A DNA stretch of 64,000 nt from Squalus acanthias (lineage: Eukaryota): NCBI GenBank assembly GCA_030390025.1, contig CM059443.1, forward strand, positions 23,312,001 to 23,376,000, in the 5' to 3' direction. Made by a program: the position numbers and the translations under genes. Below the pieces are notes generated by a model, which ran no database searches, was not told the DNA's origin, and saw only the letters and a program-made list of their open reading frames with translations. Positions 24,178 through 37,821 of this stretch are shown here, one piece after another; position 1 is the first letter of the stretch, and every line of letters starts with the position of its first letter.

Positions 24178-25590
24178 TAGAAATCATAGAATGGTTACAG
24201 CACGGAAGGAGGCCATTCAGCCCGTCGAGCCCGTGCCAGCTCTCTGCAAGAGCACTTCAGCTAATCCCACTCCCCTGCCCTTTCCCCATAGCCCTGCAAA
24301 TTTCTTTCCTTCAGATACATATCCAACTCCCTTTTGAAAGCAGTGATTGAATCTGCCTCCACCACCCTTTCAGGAAGTGCATTCCAGATCTTAACTGCTC
24401 GTTGCGTAAAAAAGTTTTTTCTTGCGTCGCCTTTGGTTCTTTTGCCAATCACCTTAAATCTGTTTCCTCTGGTTCTCGAACAGTTTCTCTCTATCCACTC
24501 TGTCCAGACCCCTCATGATTTTGAGCACCTCTATCAAATCTCCTCTCAATAATCTCTGCTCCAAGGAAAACAATCCCAGCTTCTCCAGTCTATCAACGTA
24601 ACTGAAGTCCCTCATTCCTAGAATCATTCTCATAAATCTTTTCTGCACCCTCTCGAAGGCCTTCACATCCTTCCTAAAGTGTGGTGCCCAGAATTGGACA
24701 CAATACTCCAGTTGGGGCCGAACCAGTGTTTTATACAGGCTCATCCTAATTTCCACACTTTTGTACTCTATACCTCTATTTATGAAGCCCAGGATCCCGT
24801 AAGCCTTTTTCACTGCTTTCTCAACCTGCTCTGCCACCTTCAACGATTTGTGCACACATACCCCCAGGTGTCTCTGTTCGTGCACCCCCTTCAGGATTGT
24901 ATCATTTAGTTTATATGTTCTCTCCTCATTCTAACAAAATGTATCACTTCATACTTTTCTGCGTTAAATTTAATCTACCACGTATCTGCCCATTTCACCA
25001 GCCTGTCTATGTCTTCCTGAGGTCTATCCCTCTCCTCCTCACTGTTCACTATACTTCCAAGTTTTGTGTCATTTGCAAATTTTGAAATTGCGCCCTGTAC
25101 ACCCACGTCCAAGTCATTAGTATACATCAAGAAAAACAGTGGTCCTAGAACCGACCCCTGGGGAACGCCACTGTATACCTTCCTCCAGTCCGAAAAACAA
25201 CCGTTCACCACTACTTTGTTTCCCATCACTTAGCCAATCCCGTATCCATGCTGCCACTGTCCCTTTTATTCCATGGGCTTCAACTTTGCTGGCAAGCCTA
25301 TTATGTGGCACTTTGTCGAACACCTTTTGGAAATCCATGTACACTGTCAACCACATTACCCTCATCAACCCTCTCTGTTAGCTCATCAAAGAACTCAATC
25401 AAGTTAGTTAAACACGATTTGCCTTTAACAAATCCATGCTGGCTTTCATTAATTAATCCACACCTATCCAAGTGACTGTTAATTTTGTCCCTGATTACTG
25501 TTGCTAAAAGCTTCCCCACTACCGAGGTCAAACTGACTGGCCTGCAGTTGCTGCGTTTATCTTTATACCCTTTTTTGAACAAAAGGGTGT
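24178..25590 (-). mobile_element. 5'-truncated CR1 LINE
   Basis: RPVSLTSVVGK, QHGFVKGKSCLTNL, DFQKVFDKVPH, GVPQGSVLGP, LVRPQLEYCVQFW; 3' tail at the left. Confidence 0.93.
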
Positions 25591-26044
25591 AAATATAAAC
25601 CCTATGTGTCATATTAGTGGCAACCCTCCCCATCATCAGTTACTAATGTGCAATAAGGCCACTTTACTAAATTAGGATTGTATTTAAAAATTTCAGACTT
25701 TTTTTTTTAAAAGACACGTTAATAGCTGTTTTCTCTGTCAAAACTAGTTTAAAAATGAGCTTAGACTACAACACTTTAAACTATTGGATAAGGTCTATGC
25801 TTGGGCATGAAATAGATACACTATTTTTCTGCACAGAAAATGCTGCAAACTACTCTTGAGTTTATTCACCTAGCCCTAGGCAGTCTAAAGCAGATAACCA
25901 GAGTACTAAATAGGTAGGTAGGGCTATTTTCTCTTAAATAGGCTAAAAAACCTTTACATTAAGAGACAACTCAATGTTGGATAATCTGAAGGCATCCCTC
26001 ATTATTTGAAAAAACTCCAGCATCTACACACATTTTACACAATC

Positions 26045-27300
26045 AAAGAAAGTTACAGCACAAAAGGAGGCTATTCTACCAATTGTGTCGACGCCAGCCA
26101 TTTACTAGAGCAATCAAAACCTAATCCCACTGCCATAGGCTTGCCTCTTTCACTGTTATATATTCCTCCAATATTCCCTTAAAAGATGCATTGGTCTCTA
26201 CTTCAATCACTCCATAGCAAAGCATTCCATGCTCCAACAACCCTCCACGTTAAGGTATTTCTTTTAACCTCTCTCCTTACTTAATGAGGATTTTATATGG
26301 AGGCCCCTCGGCACTGACTAATTCACTATCAAAAGTTATCAAAATTTTAAAAACCTTCATTAAAATTCCTCAGCCTTCTTTGTTCCAAAGCAAATAATTC
26401 CAGCTTCAAGGTCTCTCCTCATCACTATAGTTTCCCATCCCTGGCTTCAATCCATTGCACTTTACAGTTTTACCTCCCTGCATACGCATTTTCAGGGAAT
26501 TATGTATTTGAACTTTTAGGTTTCTTTGTCCATCTACCCCCTACAAATGCCCATTAAAGGCATACTCCCATTCCTTGTTTTTCCTTCCAAACCATATTAC
26601 CTCATACTTACCCACATTGAATTACATCTGCCACCTGTTTGACCATTCCATTAACCTGTGTCTTTTCCTGAAGTCTGCTCACTGTTTGACAAACCTCCTA
26701 CTTTTGTGTCTTCAACAACTTTAAAGATGGTGTTGCCAAGTCCAAGTCATCGATATAGACACAAGGAGAACAGAAATGGTCCCAAGCACTGACCCCCTGG
26801 GGTACAACGCTTCCAACCTTTCTCTTAGTCCAAGCAATATCCATGTACCGACAGGAAATGTTCGATCTATGCTGCTACAGTTCCTCTTATAGCATATGCC
26901 TGCTTTCATCTCACTGGGAATTTTGAGAAAGGGAAGAGATTTGATAGAGGTGTTCAAAATTATGATGGGTTTTGATAAAGTAAAGAGACAAACTATTTCT
27001 GCTGCTCAGTAAGATCTGCTAACTCGAACACAAATATAAGATCAGCATCAAAAAGAATAAAAATATGTTTTTTTTTTAAAACTTAGAGGGTTGTTAGGAC
27101 ATTGAATTCCCCATCAGAAACAATGGTAGAAGCAAAATACATCAGCTTTTAAAAGGGAAGCGATAAATATTTTGCAGGAAAAAATGTTAAAGGGGTGTGG
27201 GAAAAGGGCAGGAAGAGTGGAACTAAGAGGATAGCTTTGAGAGGCCAGCACAGGTACAGTGGGCCAAATGGCCTCCTTGTGTGCTGTAAAATTCCATGAT
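26045..27300. mobile_element. Two decayed CR1 fragments (minus ~26045-26830; plus 3' end ~26920-27300)
   Basis: PRGSVLG motif on minus; DLIEVFKIM and ggccaaatggcctcct 3' UTR motif on plus. Confidence 0.7.
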
Positions 27301-29376
27301 TATAAATCAAAAAGACAGCAAAGCCTCAAGAATAAATAAAAGGCAGTGTAACATGTATACAACTCCAAGTCAAAAAAAGAATCAAAAAGGTATGCTGGCT
27401 GGAAGCTATATAGAGAAGTTGAAACTACTTTCAAAGATAAAGTAAGATACTGCAAAAAAACAACTTACTTGTTCATTCAAACTCGACACAAATAGGATTA
27501 TACTGAAGTTGAACAGAAACTAGCAGTTGAACTCTGAACATCAAAATTTGCAGGCAAGCTTGAAGTACTGTATTGAACTATTAATCTTCCTGTCAGTTCA
27601 ACATCAAAGTACTTCAGGTAAGGATGCAAACCTTCTTTGTAGCTGCCTTAGATAACTTTAAGAATCCCCTGCAGTTAGTCCAAGATATGGCAACACCACC
27701 AATAGAATGGGCTGTAACTTTCTTTGCCCGAGAACAGAAATAATTCATTCTACTTTCCACTCTCAATCTCCAACCTAATTTTTTGTTGCCACAAGAAAAA
27801 AATGCTGTAAGCTTTTAGTTCTAACCATGTTGAAAGATGAAGTGCATGGAGCAATAATGGCCTGAAATAATCCGCAGTTGATAGAAAAACTTTCACAGAT
27901 TTCCTGCAACAGGGAAATCATAACTTGACAAATGTGCACATGGAGTGTGCAGTTCTTGGATTCCATCCAAAGATCTAATGGTCCAATAGGATTCATGCCT
28001 AAGAGAGAAACCAAACTAACAGCTTTCAGCGAAAGATACTTTCACAAAAATTCATTGGTTCAAATGATGGATATCAGTTTGCTCAGCACCAGGTTCAGCT
28101 CCTAGCTGAGATTTACCTCCTGAATAAATTATCCAGTTTCCTAAACAAAGCCTGCTTCCCTTTGCCAGATGTTCCATGGATCAAACATTATATCTGTTGG
28201 GTTGGACTCATTATAGAAAGACTCCCATCTGTTAGTGAAGCTTCTATTTGATTACTGAAAATAACATTTCCAAGAAACTCTTTTGAAGGTGAAGAGGAAA
28301 ATCTGACACGCACGCACGCCGCGCACACGTGGTTTAAGCCATTCTCCTAACTCATGTATATCAAGTACTCTCATAGGTAACTGTTGCATCAGCTATCTAA
28401 ATGTTAACTGTTTCCCCATACTATGAACTGTATAAATAGTTGCACTACCAATTTGGGCAGTTTAGGCACAAACTTCATCGAGTAAGCCCAATAAAATGTC
28501 ATCCATATCGCAGTATCCCATGGATACAATTTCTTACTCCAGACTTTGGACTTGACTGTTTCAAGAAAAGATGAACTGTATCTTTGATGAGTAATTTTTC
28601 TATTAGCTCGCACTTGAAAGACTATTGGATCAACAGACTAGGTAAACATTCTTCAGTCACCATGGGAACCCAGTCCACCTACTGGGCCGAGAGGCCACTG
28701 GTGCATTCTAACTCAGGTTCTTCCAACTTTCTTTCAACAGAGGAGGGAACTTAAACAGTGTGCATATATGGCCTGTAGATACAAATATCAGATTCATAAC
28801 TGTATCCTTAGTAGAACAAGATCCTGCATTTCCAAATGGTCACTATACTCAAATGGAATTGAACACTCAGGACTCTAGGAATGCTGCCGTAATTTTCTGT
28901 TATTGCGGAATCTGCAGAAGAGCATATTCTTTCCTCTACACCAGCACCCGTTAGTCCAGTTGAAGTCCATTGGACCTCAGACAAGGTAGATGCTGCCACC
29001 AGGCCAACGCATCCACAGCTGTCACTGGAATTTGTGCTGCGACTGATGTCACAGCTGGAGAAGACACTGGCTGCAATCTTAAAGCAAGACATATGCCACA
29101 AAATACTCTCTCTGGCTAAAAACAAGCACTGAATTGAGAGAATTCTTCACAAAGTCTTGAGTGGGGTGTAAAGGGATATCTCAGCAGATACTTCACTTTT
29201 TCTTTTGCAAGCCAGGCACCTGTGGAACAGCACTGGCCACTTCCAGTCACACATCAGTGATAGCATCCAATAGAGATCATTATGTCTCAGAATATGGGTG
29301 TTAAAACTAAATGATCACTGCAAAATTTAGTTCCAGTCAATTGCTCAAACTGATAGGCAGCTAACTGCAGAATATT

Positions 29377-30049
29377 GGTCCGTAATTTGTGACCCCCACG
29401 GGTGTGTACGCACCCATAGGGGCCGCGCAAGTTCCGGGTTTAGGCATGCGAAACACATGCGCGAAAACACGGAACTTGTGATGTCAAGAATTCTCTCGAC
29501 AGATGATCCCCATCCCCGGGTAAAGGGCCTCCACGGGCAGAGAGTTGCGCCATTTGCCCAACTACCGCCCGCTAAATGACCGTGAAATTCTTACACCTGG
29601 TAAAAGCATAAGAGTTTTAAAAAATATAAAAATAAAATTTTAATCACTCATTTATACTTTAAAAACTGGGTCCAATAAGGGAAGTTTATTTTTAGCCCCG
29701 TTAAAAAATACTTTTTTTCCAAAAAATTTAATATGTTTAAATTATTTAATTAAATGGCATTGTAATTAATTTTACATATGTAATTTTTTTTTAAAAAATT
29801 ATTTCATGTGTTCGTGTATTTTTTTAAGTGATCCCCATTCATACTTGTGGGAGTTCCGTACGTACGGAAACCCCTGGGGATTCCCTTCTTTTACTGGTTG
29901 GGGTGGCCCACGTGATCCCAGGGGCACTTGCGAACCACGTGCGCCCAAAATACGTGGGCCGCTACCCGCAGAGGCCCAGACCACCAGGTAAATTCGTAGA
30001 TTTTTTTTTTAAAAAACAGGTCGGAGCCTCCGACCACAAATTTTGGGCC
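29377..30049. mobile_element. MITE / non-autonomous DNA transposon (~670 bp)
   Basis: TIRs GGTCCGTAATTTGTG / CACAAATTTTGGGCC, CpG-rich subtermini, AT-rich centre. Confidence 0.75.
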
Positions 30050-31622
30050 AATATGTTTGAGCAGCCTTGTGGCTAATAAAAGAGTTCCATTAGCCCTAGA
30101 GCACTTTAGTGCTCTGCCCTCATTCATTCAAGTTTACATGGAACACTCATCAGCTATTGCATCTTTCCTGGAACAATTGTGAATCTGTTTTGTGTTTGCA
30201 TCTGGTCTGACATGAAGATACATGCTTCTTGGCAGATTCAGGAATTCACAGTCTCTGTGTCTCAACAAATCTACCATTGAATTCCAGATCACCACCAATA
30301 GCCTCTCAGCAAACAAGGTCAAGTGAAGCCTCTTGCTTCCGATGATAATCTAATTCGATTTTGTATGTTCTGAAGATCCAAGACATTCAACAGAAAAATC
30401 ATACCTTGCAACGGTGAGAGGCGAAGGATTGCTCAACTAATATCAAACTGAGGTGAGGCTTTGGTGGGCCAATAGTAAGGCAAGATAAGTAAAATACTGT
30501 CAATTTCCAAGCAAAAGTCAAATTCCATAAACATTTTCAAAAAGTGAAAAGGTCCCATACAGAACTAGAACTTGACCAAACTATACTGGTTTAAATGGAA
30601 GGATTTTTTTTTTTCAGTTGTCTATGAACAAGCAAGATTACTGCTGTCAGAAGAAAAAAAAACAATGCTTTACTTTACCAAAGCCTGACAACACAGGAGT
30701 ATTACCAAAATTGTTAAGCAAAGACAATTTTCTTGAAGGGACAGTATTCTCAAATGGTTCTTTCCTCATTCTTGCCCTTCCTTGCGATAGGATGACACCA
30801 CTTGCTATTCATATGATGACTGAACAAATATGAGGAAGAATTTAAATAAATTAAGACAAACCTCTGAGCTTCACAATATTTCGTCAAAGAAATTTAGATT
30901 GCATTTCAGACTCAAATATTACTGATAAAACGATGCTTTGATGTCTAAAGGATTTCATGTACAGCAAGCCCTCAGAAATAGAAAACTTCAGCTATAAGGA
31001 GCAGCCTACTACCCTAATAGCTGCATCTATAAAGGGCTGACAAATATTAACACTTCACACTGTGAAAGGACATGAACTTTAGATGTGGCTGATTTCAATA
31101 AATAGGTTAGTCAGGCTTCGATATAGCAAGGACATACAATGTAGTACCTCTGCGTGCGTTACTTATTAATTCCAAACTTCTCTAGTATAGTTACCACCAT
31201 TATTCCAAATTGCTTATTTAAAACCAAAATTCAACCCATCCCACTTTGCCATTCGCTGCAACAAAATTTTAAAAATAAGATAACTCCGCAGGTGCTCTAA
31301 CCAGTAGACCAACAGTCACAGCAATTAAATGCAGAACAGTTGCACAGCAGAATTAATGAGGCTTATTTCACAAAAGTAAGATTCCCAGTCAGAACTGATG
31401 GATACCAAATTATTTCCATTAGTTCTCACTTCATTTGCAACAAACTTGATGGCGTATTTGAGGTCCAAGGAATATACAATGAGATAGTTGCATATTTTTA
31501 ATTGTACTGCATTTCAAATGAATATTTCTTAGCTTCAGTCATATGAATTACCCAATGTCAAAATATAAATCTTTCAAAGTTATAAGGAAGTGTGTGAACC
31601 TCTTTGTTTGCAAGAGCCCCAC

Positions 31623-31825
31623 CTTCCATTAATCTGTTCAGTTTCCTCCTCTTGTTCTTCATCAGATGTAAGTGGCGAATAATGAACACCATTGGAGGCA
31701 AACATCTTTTTCTTTTTCAAACTTGGAGGTCCTTCATTATCCTGATGGGGAACAGGAGAGCTCTTCACTGAAGTTTCTGGTGATGAAATTGCTGTTATTT
31801 CCAAAGGCTGATTGATGTTATTGAC
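31623..31825 (-). CDS. DOT1L: DOT1L exon (~exon 25)
   Basis: 203 nt; VNNINQPLEITAISSPETSVKSSPVPHQD...HYSPLTSDEE...ING; tag/gtggg; phase-2 end. Confidence 0.94.
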
Positions 31826-32329
31826 CTAAGAGAACAAATTTTGCAATATTTTAATATCTGGACTACTGTGTTCTCTGCATTTTGGAAACAGTTCATATGC
31901 CAAGAGGCTTGGAGAGGAAGTGGTGTAATTAATTATAACGGTCGTCAATTCATCAAAAACAATAATTACAGTGAACCACTGCCTTGATTCAGAAATGGTG
32001 ACCCTATCACTTACGTATTCACAAATACATCAAAACAATTCAGATATGGTCTGCCAGAATCTTAAATGCCTATCCTATTATTGCCTGGCATTTTTATATA
32101 CATTATATAAATTAGTTAGAATATTTATGATATTCAATATGGTTATGTCTGTGGCAATCATTTTCAAGTTAGATTGAATTTTGTTGATCGGACTATGTAT
32201 AAGTAGGAACTTCAAACAGAAGTATGACTGTTTCAATCACAATAATTATAAATTAATTTTAAGCTTAGCATGCGATCCATCAGCAGCCCCTTCTTATTTT
32301 GACATAAAAACCGTATCAGATTGAACTCG

Positions 32330-33365
32330 TCATAACCGAAACAGTAGAACGCAAGTTAGAGGAAGTCATGATGCAATTTTGCAGTGCTCTGGTCAGACCA
32401 CACGTCGATAAGAAACGAGAGAGAGTCAAGTGCAGGAGGTGATATAATGAGCCGTGAGGCTGATCCCTAGTGTCAGGTATCCAAATTACGAGGAAAGCCC
32501 GGACAGACGTGGCTTTTCACGGGTTGAGGGGTGATTTTAGCGGTAATAGGGTAGTAAAGGCTGATCTGGAGATTATAAATTCAACTGTGGGAACAGGCCA
32601 ATGGTTCACAGATCCAAACTAGTAAAAGGCAAATATGGGACTGATATCATGAAGTTATTCTTCACAAAGACAGTGATCAACACTACAAACTTCCGGAGTG
32701 GAAAAGGTGAAAGTCCTTGAATTATTTAAGGAATTAGATGCAACAATGGGGGTGGGTCAGTAGGGTTGTTCTGGATGAATGAAAATGGCCTGAATGGCTT
32801 AGTCATCTGCAACAATGTTGGAAACATCACTGTTGTGGCATTTAATTGGCTTCAAAAACCTCAGCTTTTTATCAGCCAAGCAACATAGGTTTAATTTCAA
32901 ATGTCAGAATGATACCTGGACTTAAGGGTTAAGTTACAAGGGGAGATTACACAAATTAGGGTTGTATTCCCTAGAATTTAGAAGGTTAAGGGGTGATCTG
33001 ATCGAAGTTTCCAGGATATTAAGAGGAACAGATAGGGTAGATAAAGAGAAACTATTTCCGCTGGTTGGGGAGTCTAGGACTAGGGGGCAGAGTCAAAAAA
33101 ATTAGAGCCAAACCTTTCAGGAGTGAAATTAGGAAACACTTCTACACACAAAGGGTGGTAGAAGTTTGGAACTCTACTGCAAACGGCAATTGATGCTAGA
33201 TCAATTGTTAATTTTAAACTCGAGTTTGATAGCTTTTTGTTAACCAAAGGTATTAAGGGATATGGGTCAAAGGCAGGTATATGGAGTTAGGTCGCAGATC
33301 AGCCATAATCTCATTAAATGGCAGAACAGGCTCGAGGGGCTAAGTGGCCTCCTCCTGTTCCTATT
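32330..33365 (+). mobile_element. Two CR1 3' fragments (old ~32330-32810, younger ~32905-33365)
   Basis: ALVRPH, LYSLEFRRLRGDLIEV, FYTQRVVEVWN and CR1 3' UTR. Confidence 0.85.
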
Positions 33366-34467
33366 CCCAGCTCCAAAAATGAACAGTGGGAACCTCAAAG
33401 AACAAGACAGACAAACAAGCAAGCAAAAGATTTAAAAGTTAGCGCTAATATAAAACCTTGAAAATATATAGAACAATCTTGGTCAGTGTTAACATTTTGG
33501 GGACAAAATGAAAACGCACAAAAAGTTTCATTGGAAGCTGTATTCACCAGATTTAGGTACAGCACTCCAATGGGCTAAGTCAGCACTGCATCTGTGCGCA
33601 CTCACTACTAGGTTTTGAGGGCCTTCCTAAATCGAGCTTTCCTTTCTCATGCTCCTCAGAATCAGAGGACAGAAGCTTGCCTATCAGCAATAAAGCCACA
33701 CACATTAGGCAACTTGACCAAGCATTGGTACTTCTGCACTGGGTGATGCCGAAGCTGCCCCAGTAGTGACTGATGGTTGTACCCAAAACAGGATCAAAGC
33801 CCTTGGGACAGTCTTGGGATGACATGTTTTCAGAAGTGAAATGAGGAATCAAGATTTAGCCAATCGTTACTGAGAAGAACCACGTATTTCAATCAAATTT
33901 TGAAGCTAAACTGTTGCCAACCAATACCTGCAGGGCTTGACTCAACTGAGATTGGTTCAATCAGGGTGTGCCTGAACAGCCCGTGATGCAGGATGGTGTC
34001 CGCTGAATTGCATGCAAACTGGTTTGCATCCTAAACTAAATTCAAGAAAGTGATTTTTTTTTAATGACATTTTTTCCACTTGCCAAGGAACAAGAAAATT
34101 TTGCAACTAGCAAAAACAAAAACATGAACTTTCTTAACGATGAACAATAGAGGTATGACGCAGCATATTAAGGGAAGATTGCATTTGCCTATGTCACAAA
34201 TTTTCTTAGATGAGGCAGTGTTCCAAGATAACTTCAATATGGAGGTTGAAGAACATGTATATATATATTTTAAAAACAGGTCAATTGGCTCATCTTCACA
34301 GCCCTTTACTGAAATAACCATTTGTTTAGGCAGCCCGCCATCGGAGAATAAATGATTGCATTCTTACTGCAGTACAATGTCTATGGATACTGACATAGGC
34401 TTTGAAGTCAAAAGCAAGTATCCCTTCCAAAATAATCAGTAAAATAGAAATAAATCAAATCACTTAC

Positions 34468-35102
34468 CATGGAACTTATATTCAAAGGAGATCCTGAAGA
34501 AAGCCCCAGTGCAGCAAGCAGGGATTTCCGCTTAGGGGAGCTACCTGCATTTAAATTGGATGTCACAGATGAACGTTTCCTTCTGCCCTTCTTTTTCCCT
34601 TCTTGAGATGTCATCTGTCCAGATTCCAACTTGATGGATGAAGCAACAGGAGTCTGTTTACTTAAAGTAGGCTGCTTTATATTTCCACCATTCGCAGTGG
34701 AAAAAATTATTCTCCGTTTGGATTCATTCTCCTGATCAGAGGCACCTTGGTCTGACTGTAAATCTTTTTTGATTACCTCCGAGAAGGCCTTTTGTGTGTC
34801 TGCATACTGTAAAACCCCACCTGTGCTCGGAGAACTGGTTGCTGGATTTTGAGAGTTGGATAGCCTGGGGCTGGCTGAATGCTGCGTCGCTGGGGAGTTT
34901 TGTTCAGAATTCCGAGATTGCATCAGGTGCATTGTTGGATGCTGTGGGTTTGTGCTCTGCAAGACAGAACTATTGGCAAGGATACCTACACTGGTGGAAT
35001 CAGAATCTTCTAATGTCTTGTCATGACTGTTGAGCGCTGACTGGATGGGAGAACCAGAATGGACTCCATTGATCGCCACAGAGCCAGCTGAGTAACAAAA
35101 AC
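34468..35102 (-). CDS. DOT1L: DOT1L exon (~exon 24), includes basic NLS-like KKKGRRKR
   Basis: 635 nt; GFCYSAGSVAING...ESKRRIIFS...SGSPLNISSM; cag/gtaagt. Confidence 0.94.
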
Positions 35103-35574
35103 CTGCAAAACGATAAAGTAGCACACTGCAACAGCTTTGATAAACACATATACCATCACTTTTTGTTACTGCTTGGCATTTATGTATTTAATAAAAGAAA
35201 AATTAAAACCAGCCCAAAATACCAACATGGATTGATTTCCCAACTACATACATGGTATATCCATATATATTTACATTCATTCACAACCGCATAGATGACC
35301 CAAAATATAATTCTAGACTTCCACAGATTCTGTATTTTATATTCTAATACATTTAGCTTCAAATGGTTGGAAATTTGCAGGTATTATATAAATATCTCAA
35401 ATAGCAATTTTGAAAGGGTTATACCCAAATTTTAATTTTACTAAGTTCCTTTGTCACTACCAACAATTTATGCTGAGAGGTACGAAGAAAGCACCATGAT
35501 AAAAAAATTGACTAAATAATTAAGATGCATCAATAAAGTACAATATTTACATTACTATTATGAATTAGAGATTC

Positions 35575-35945
35575 ATAAGAACATAAGAAATAAGAGTAGG
35601 CCATGCAGCCCCTCGAGCCTGCTCCGCCATTCAATAAGATCATGGCTGATCATGGACTTCAACTCCACTTTCCTGCCTGATCTTCATATCCCTTCATTCC
35701 CCTAGAGTCCAAAAATCTATCTATCTCAGCCTTGAATATACCCAAAGACTCAGCATTCACAGCCCTCTGGGGCAGAGAATGCCAAAGATTCACAACCCTC
35801 AGTGAAAAAATTCCTCCTCATCTCAGTCTTAAATGGCCTACCCCTTATCCTGAGACTATGCCCCCTAGTTCTAGACACTCCAGCCAGGGGAAATAACCTC
35901 TCAGCATCTACCGTCAATCCCCTTCAGAATCTTGTATGTTTCAGA
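35575..35945 (-). mobile_element. CR1 3' end
   Basis: cataagaacataagaa tail and CR1 3' UTR/ORF2 end on minus. Confidence 0.88.
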
Positions 35946-36052
35946 TCTGACCAACTTATTAACTATATTCCAACTGTCACTTATCAAATGCAAACGTAAA
36001 CTGCTACATGTTAATTACAACTCAAATGGGGAAAAAAATTAAAAACAAGTAC

Positions 36053-36170
36053 CTGAGGTAGCCAAAGACTGTGGTTTATTTCCAGCCGCATTTCCATAGT
36101 TAGCACCATATTGTTTGTCAAGCATTGATAAATCACGATTTGGAACATGAATGGGACTAGGTGTGCTTCT
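36053..36170 (-). CDS. DOT1L: DOT1L exon (~exon 23)
   Basis: 118 nt; RSTPSPIHVPNRDLSMLDKQYGANYGNAAGNKPQSLATS; cag/gtact; phase-1 end. Confidence 0.92.
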
Positions 36171-36674
36171 CTGTAAAATAAATCAAACTGGTATGTTTAA
36201 AGCAGCAAATGATTTGAACAATCCTAACAGAAGAACAATATTCAAGAAAACTAACTTTTGATATTGCCTCCTGCTAGAAACTGAAGCAATCTGCACCTAA
36301 ATCTAGAACCATAAAATGCAAAAAGAACTATATTGTAGAGTATCAGAACTTTAATTCAGTGAAATGTGTCATGTTAAAGCATTATTTGTCTGCAGTCTTT
36401 AAACCTAGCTCCCATGCTATTCTATTCAGTCAAGTGGGTGGTAGCGTTCAATCTAAATTTTCTATTGCTAAGCCCCACTTTGGAGATTCATGTCCCATGA
36501 TCGCACCCCCCCCCCCCTTTATAAGAAACAGCATTTTTGCATAATTAATGTTAGTATAGATATAGCTGCCAAACCAGAATACTTCAGCAATTTTGTCATT
36601 GTAGCTGTTGTAATTCTGCTCCCTTATACTTTTGGGTTTTAAGATGAGGTCCAATCATATCATTCGAACTCACC

Positions 36675-36830
36675 GGCCTGGAAATTCCTTGGACCGGCTA
36701 CCACTTCACTAGCGTTACTTTGCCGAAAGTGAGGCAGAAACCCTGTTTACGCGTGTAAATGGGGTTTCCACCACACTTCAGGCGAAGTGTTGCCAGCGAA
36801 GCACGAGCAGATCCAAGGAATTTCCTGGCC
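36675..36830. mobile_element. 156-bp fold-back MITE
   Basis: TIRs GGCCTGGAAATTCCTTGGA / TCCAAGGAATTTCCTGGCC (18/19); interior is also imperfectly palindromic around tttacgcgtgtaaa. Confidence 0.85.
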
Positions 36831-37821
36831 ACTATGACAGTGTAAACAACTTCAGTGAAAGGAAATCTGCGGGTTTCTCCATTCTTCAGGTTGGGGACGC
36901 GAGCCGGCTGGAGGATGAGCTGTACTCTGCAGATGGAACTAGAATAGGTCTGTGGTCAGGTTGTTTGGGAGTGGAACCGGAAGTAATGAATTGTTAGGTA
37001 GCTTTGGAGGAGGCAAAATGAGAGTTTAATTGTGTGTGCAAACATCAAGGACCCATGAGTGCAGCTGCCATTATTAATTTATTTCTCATTTTAAGATGAC
37101 ACCAAGCAAGCAGCAACACCAAATCCAAGCAGGGCAAAATAAACTTTCCAGAAAGGTGCTGGGCACTATGCAATCAAGTAATTTTTGAGGCCTAGACAAG
37201 TTATTACAGAAGGGCTATTTATCTATTACCTCTAAACATCACGAAGACCCAGGGGCTCACGAGGACTTCACGCAACAAAAAATAAGACGCTCCACAACAC
37301 TGCAGAACTCGAGGCAAAGAACCTTAACAGATTTTGGAAGCAGAGTCAGGGGGACTTCATTTATTTCTTTATGGCCTTGGGCCCCAAGCCTCATGAGCAC
37401 AGCCAAAAATAAATTTATGTTGCACAGCAGTACAGACCAGAAGGCAAACAACCAACTGAAAAAAAAATACATTTAAACGGAGGAGAATTCAAAATACCTG
37501 CAAGTTGAAACTGTTTGCAGGGGATACCCAAGTTTGAGAACAGAGAGTCGGGAATCAGCCGGAGAGAGTAGAGGGGAATGCTACAGCGCCACCAATGGAG
37601 AAAATATGTATTGAAGGCATTTGTCCATTAGTGAGTTACAGCTAGCATGCTCTTTGCACCCAGATAACCAGGACACACCCCAATTTGGGAACCACTGGTC
37701 TAGAAAATGCATTTCGTTCATCTGGAAGTAACACTTGCGAATGCTCATTTTGCTCCAATATAACCTAGCCAGGACAGGCAAACTTCAGTCCTTAAGAAAT
37801 GGCCAAGGAAGAATGCTAGTA

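Noticed and set aside
28808-29125. 105-aa Ser-rich minus-strand ORF as an extra DOT1L exon
   Set aside because: No DOT1L similarity and no convincing flanking splice sites; the exon chain is already complete without it.
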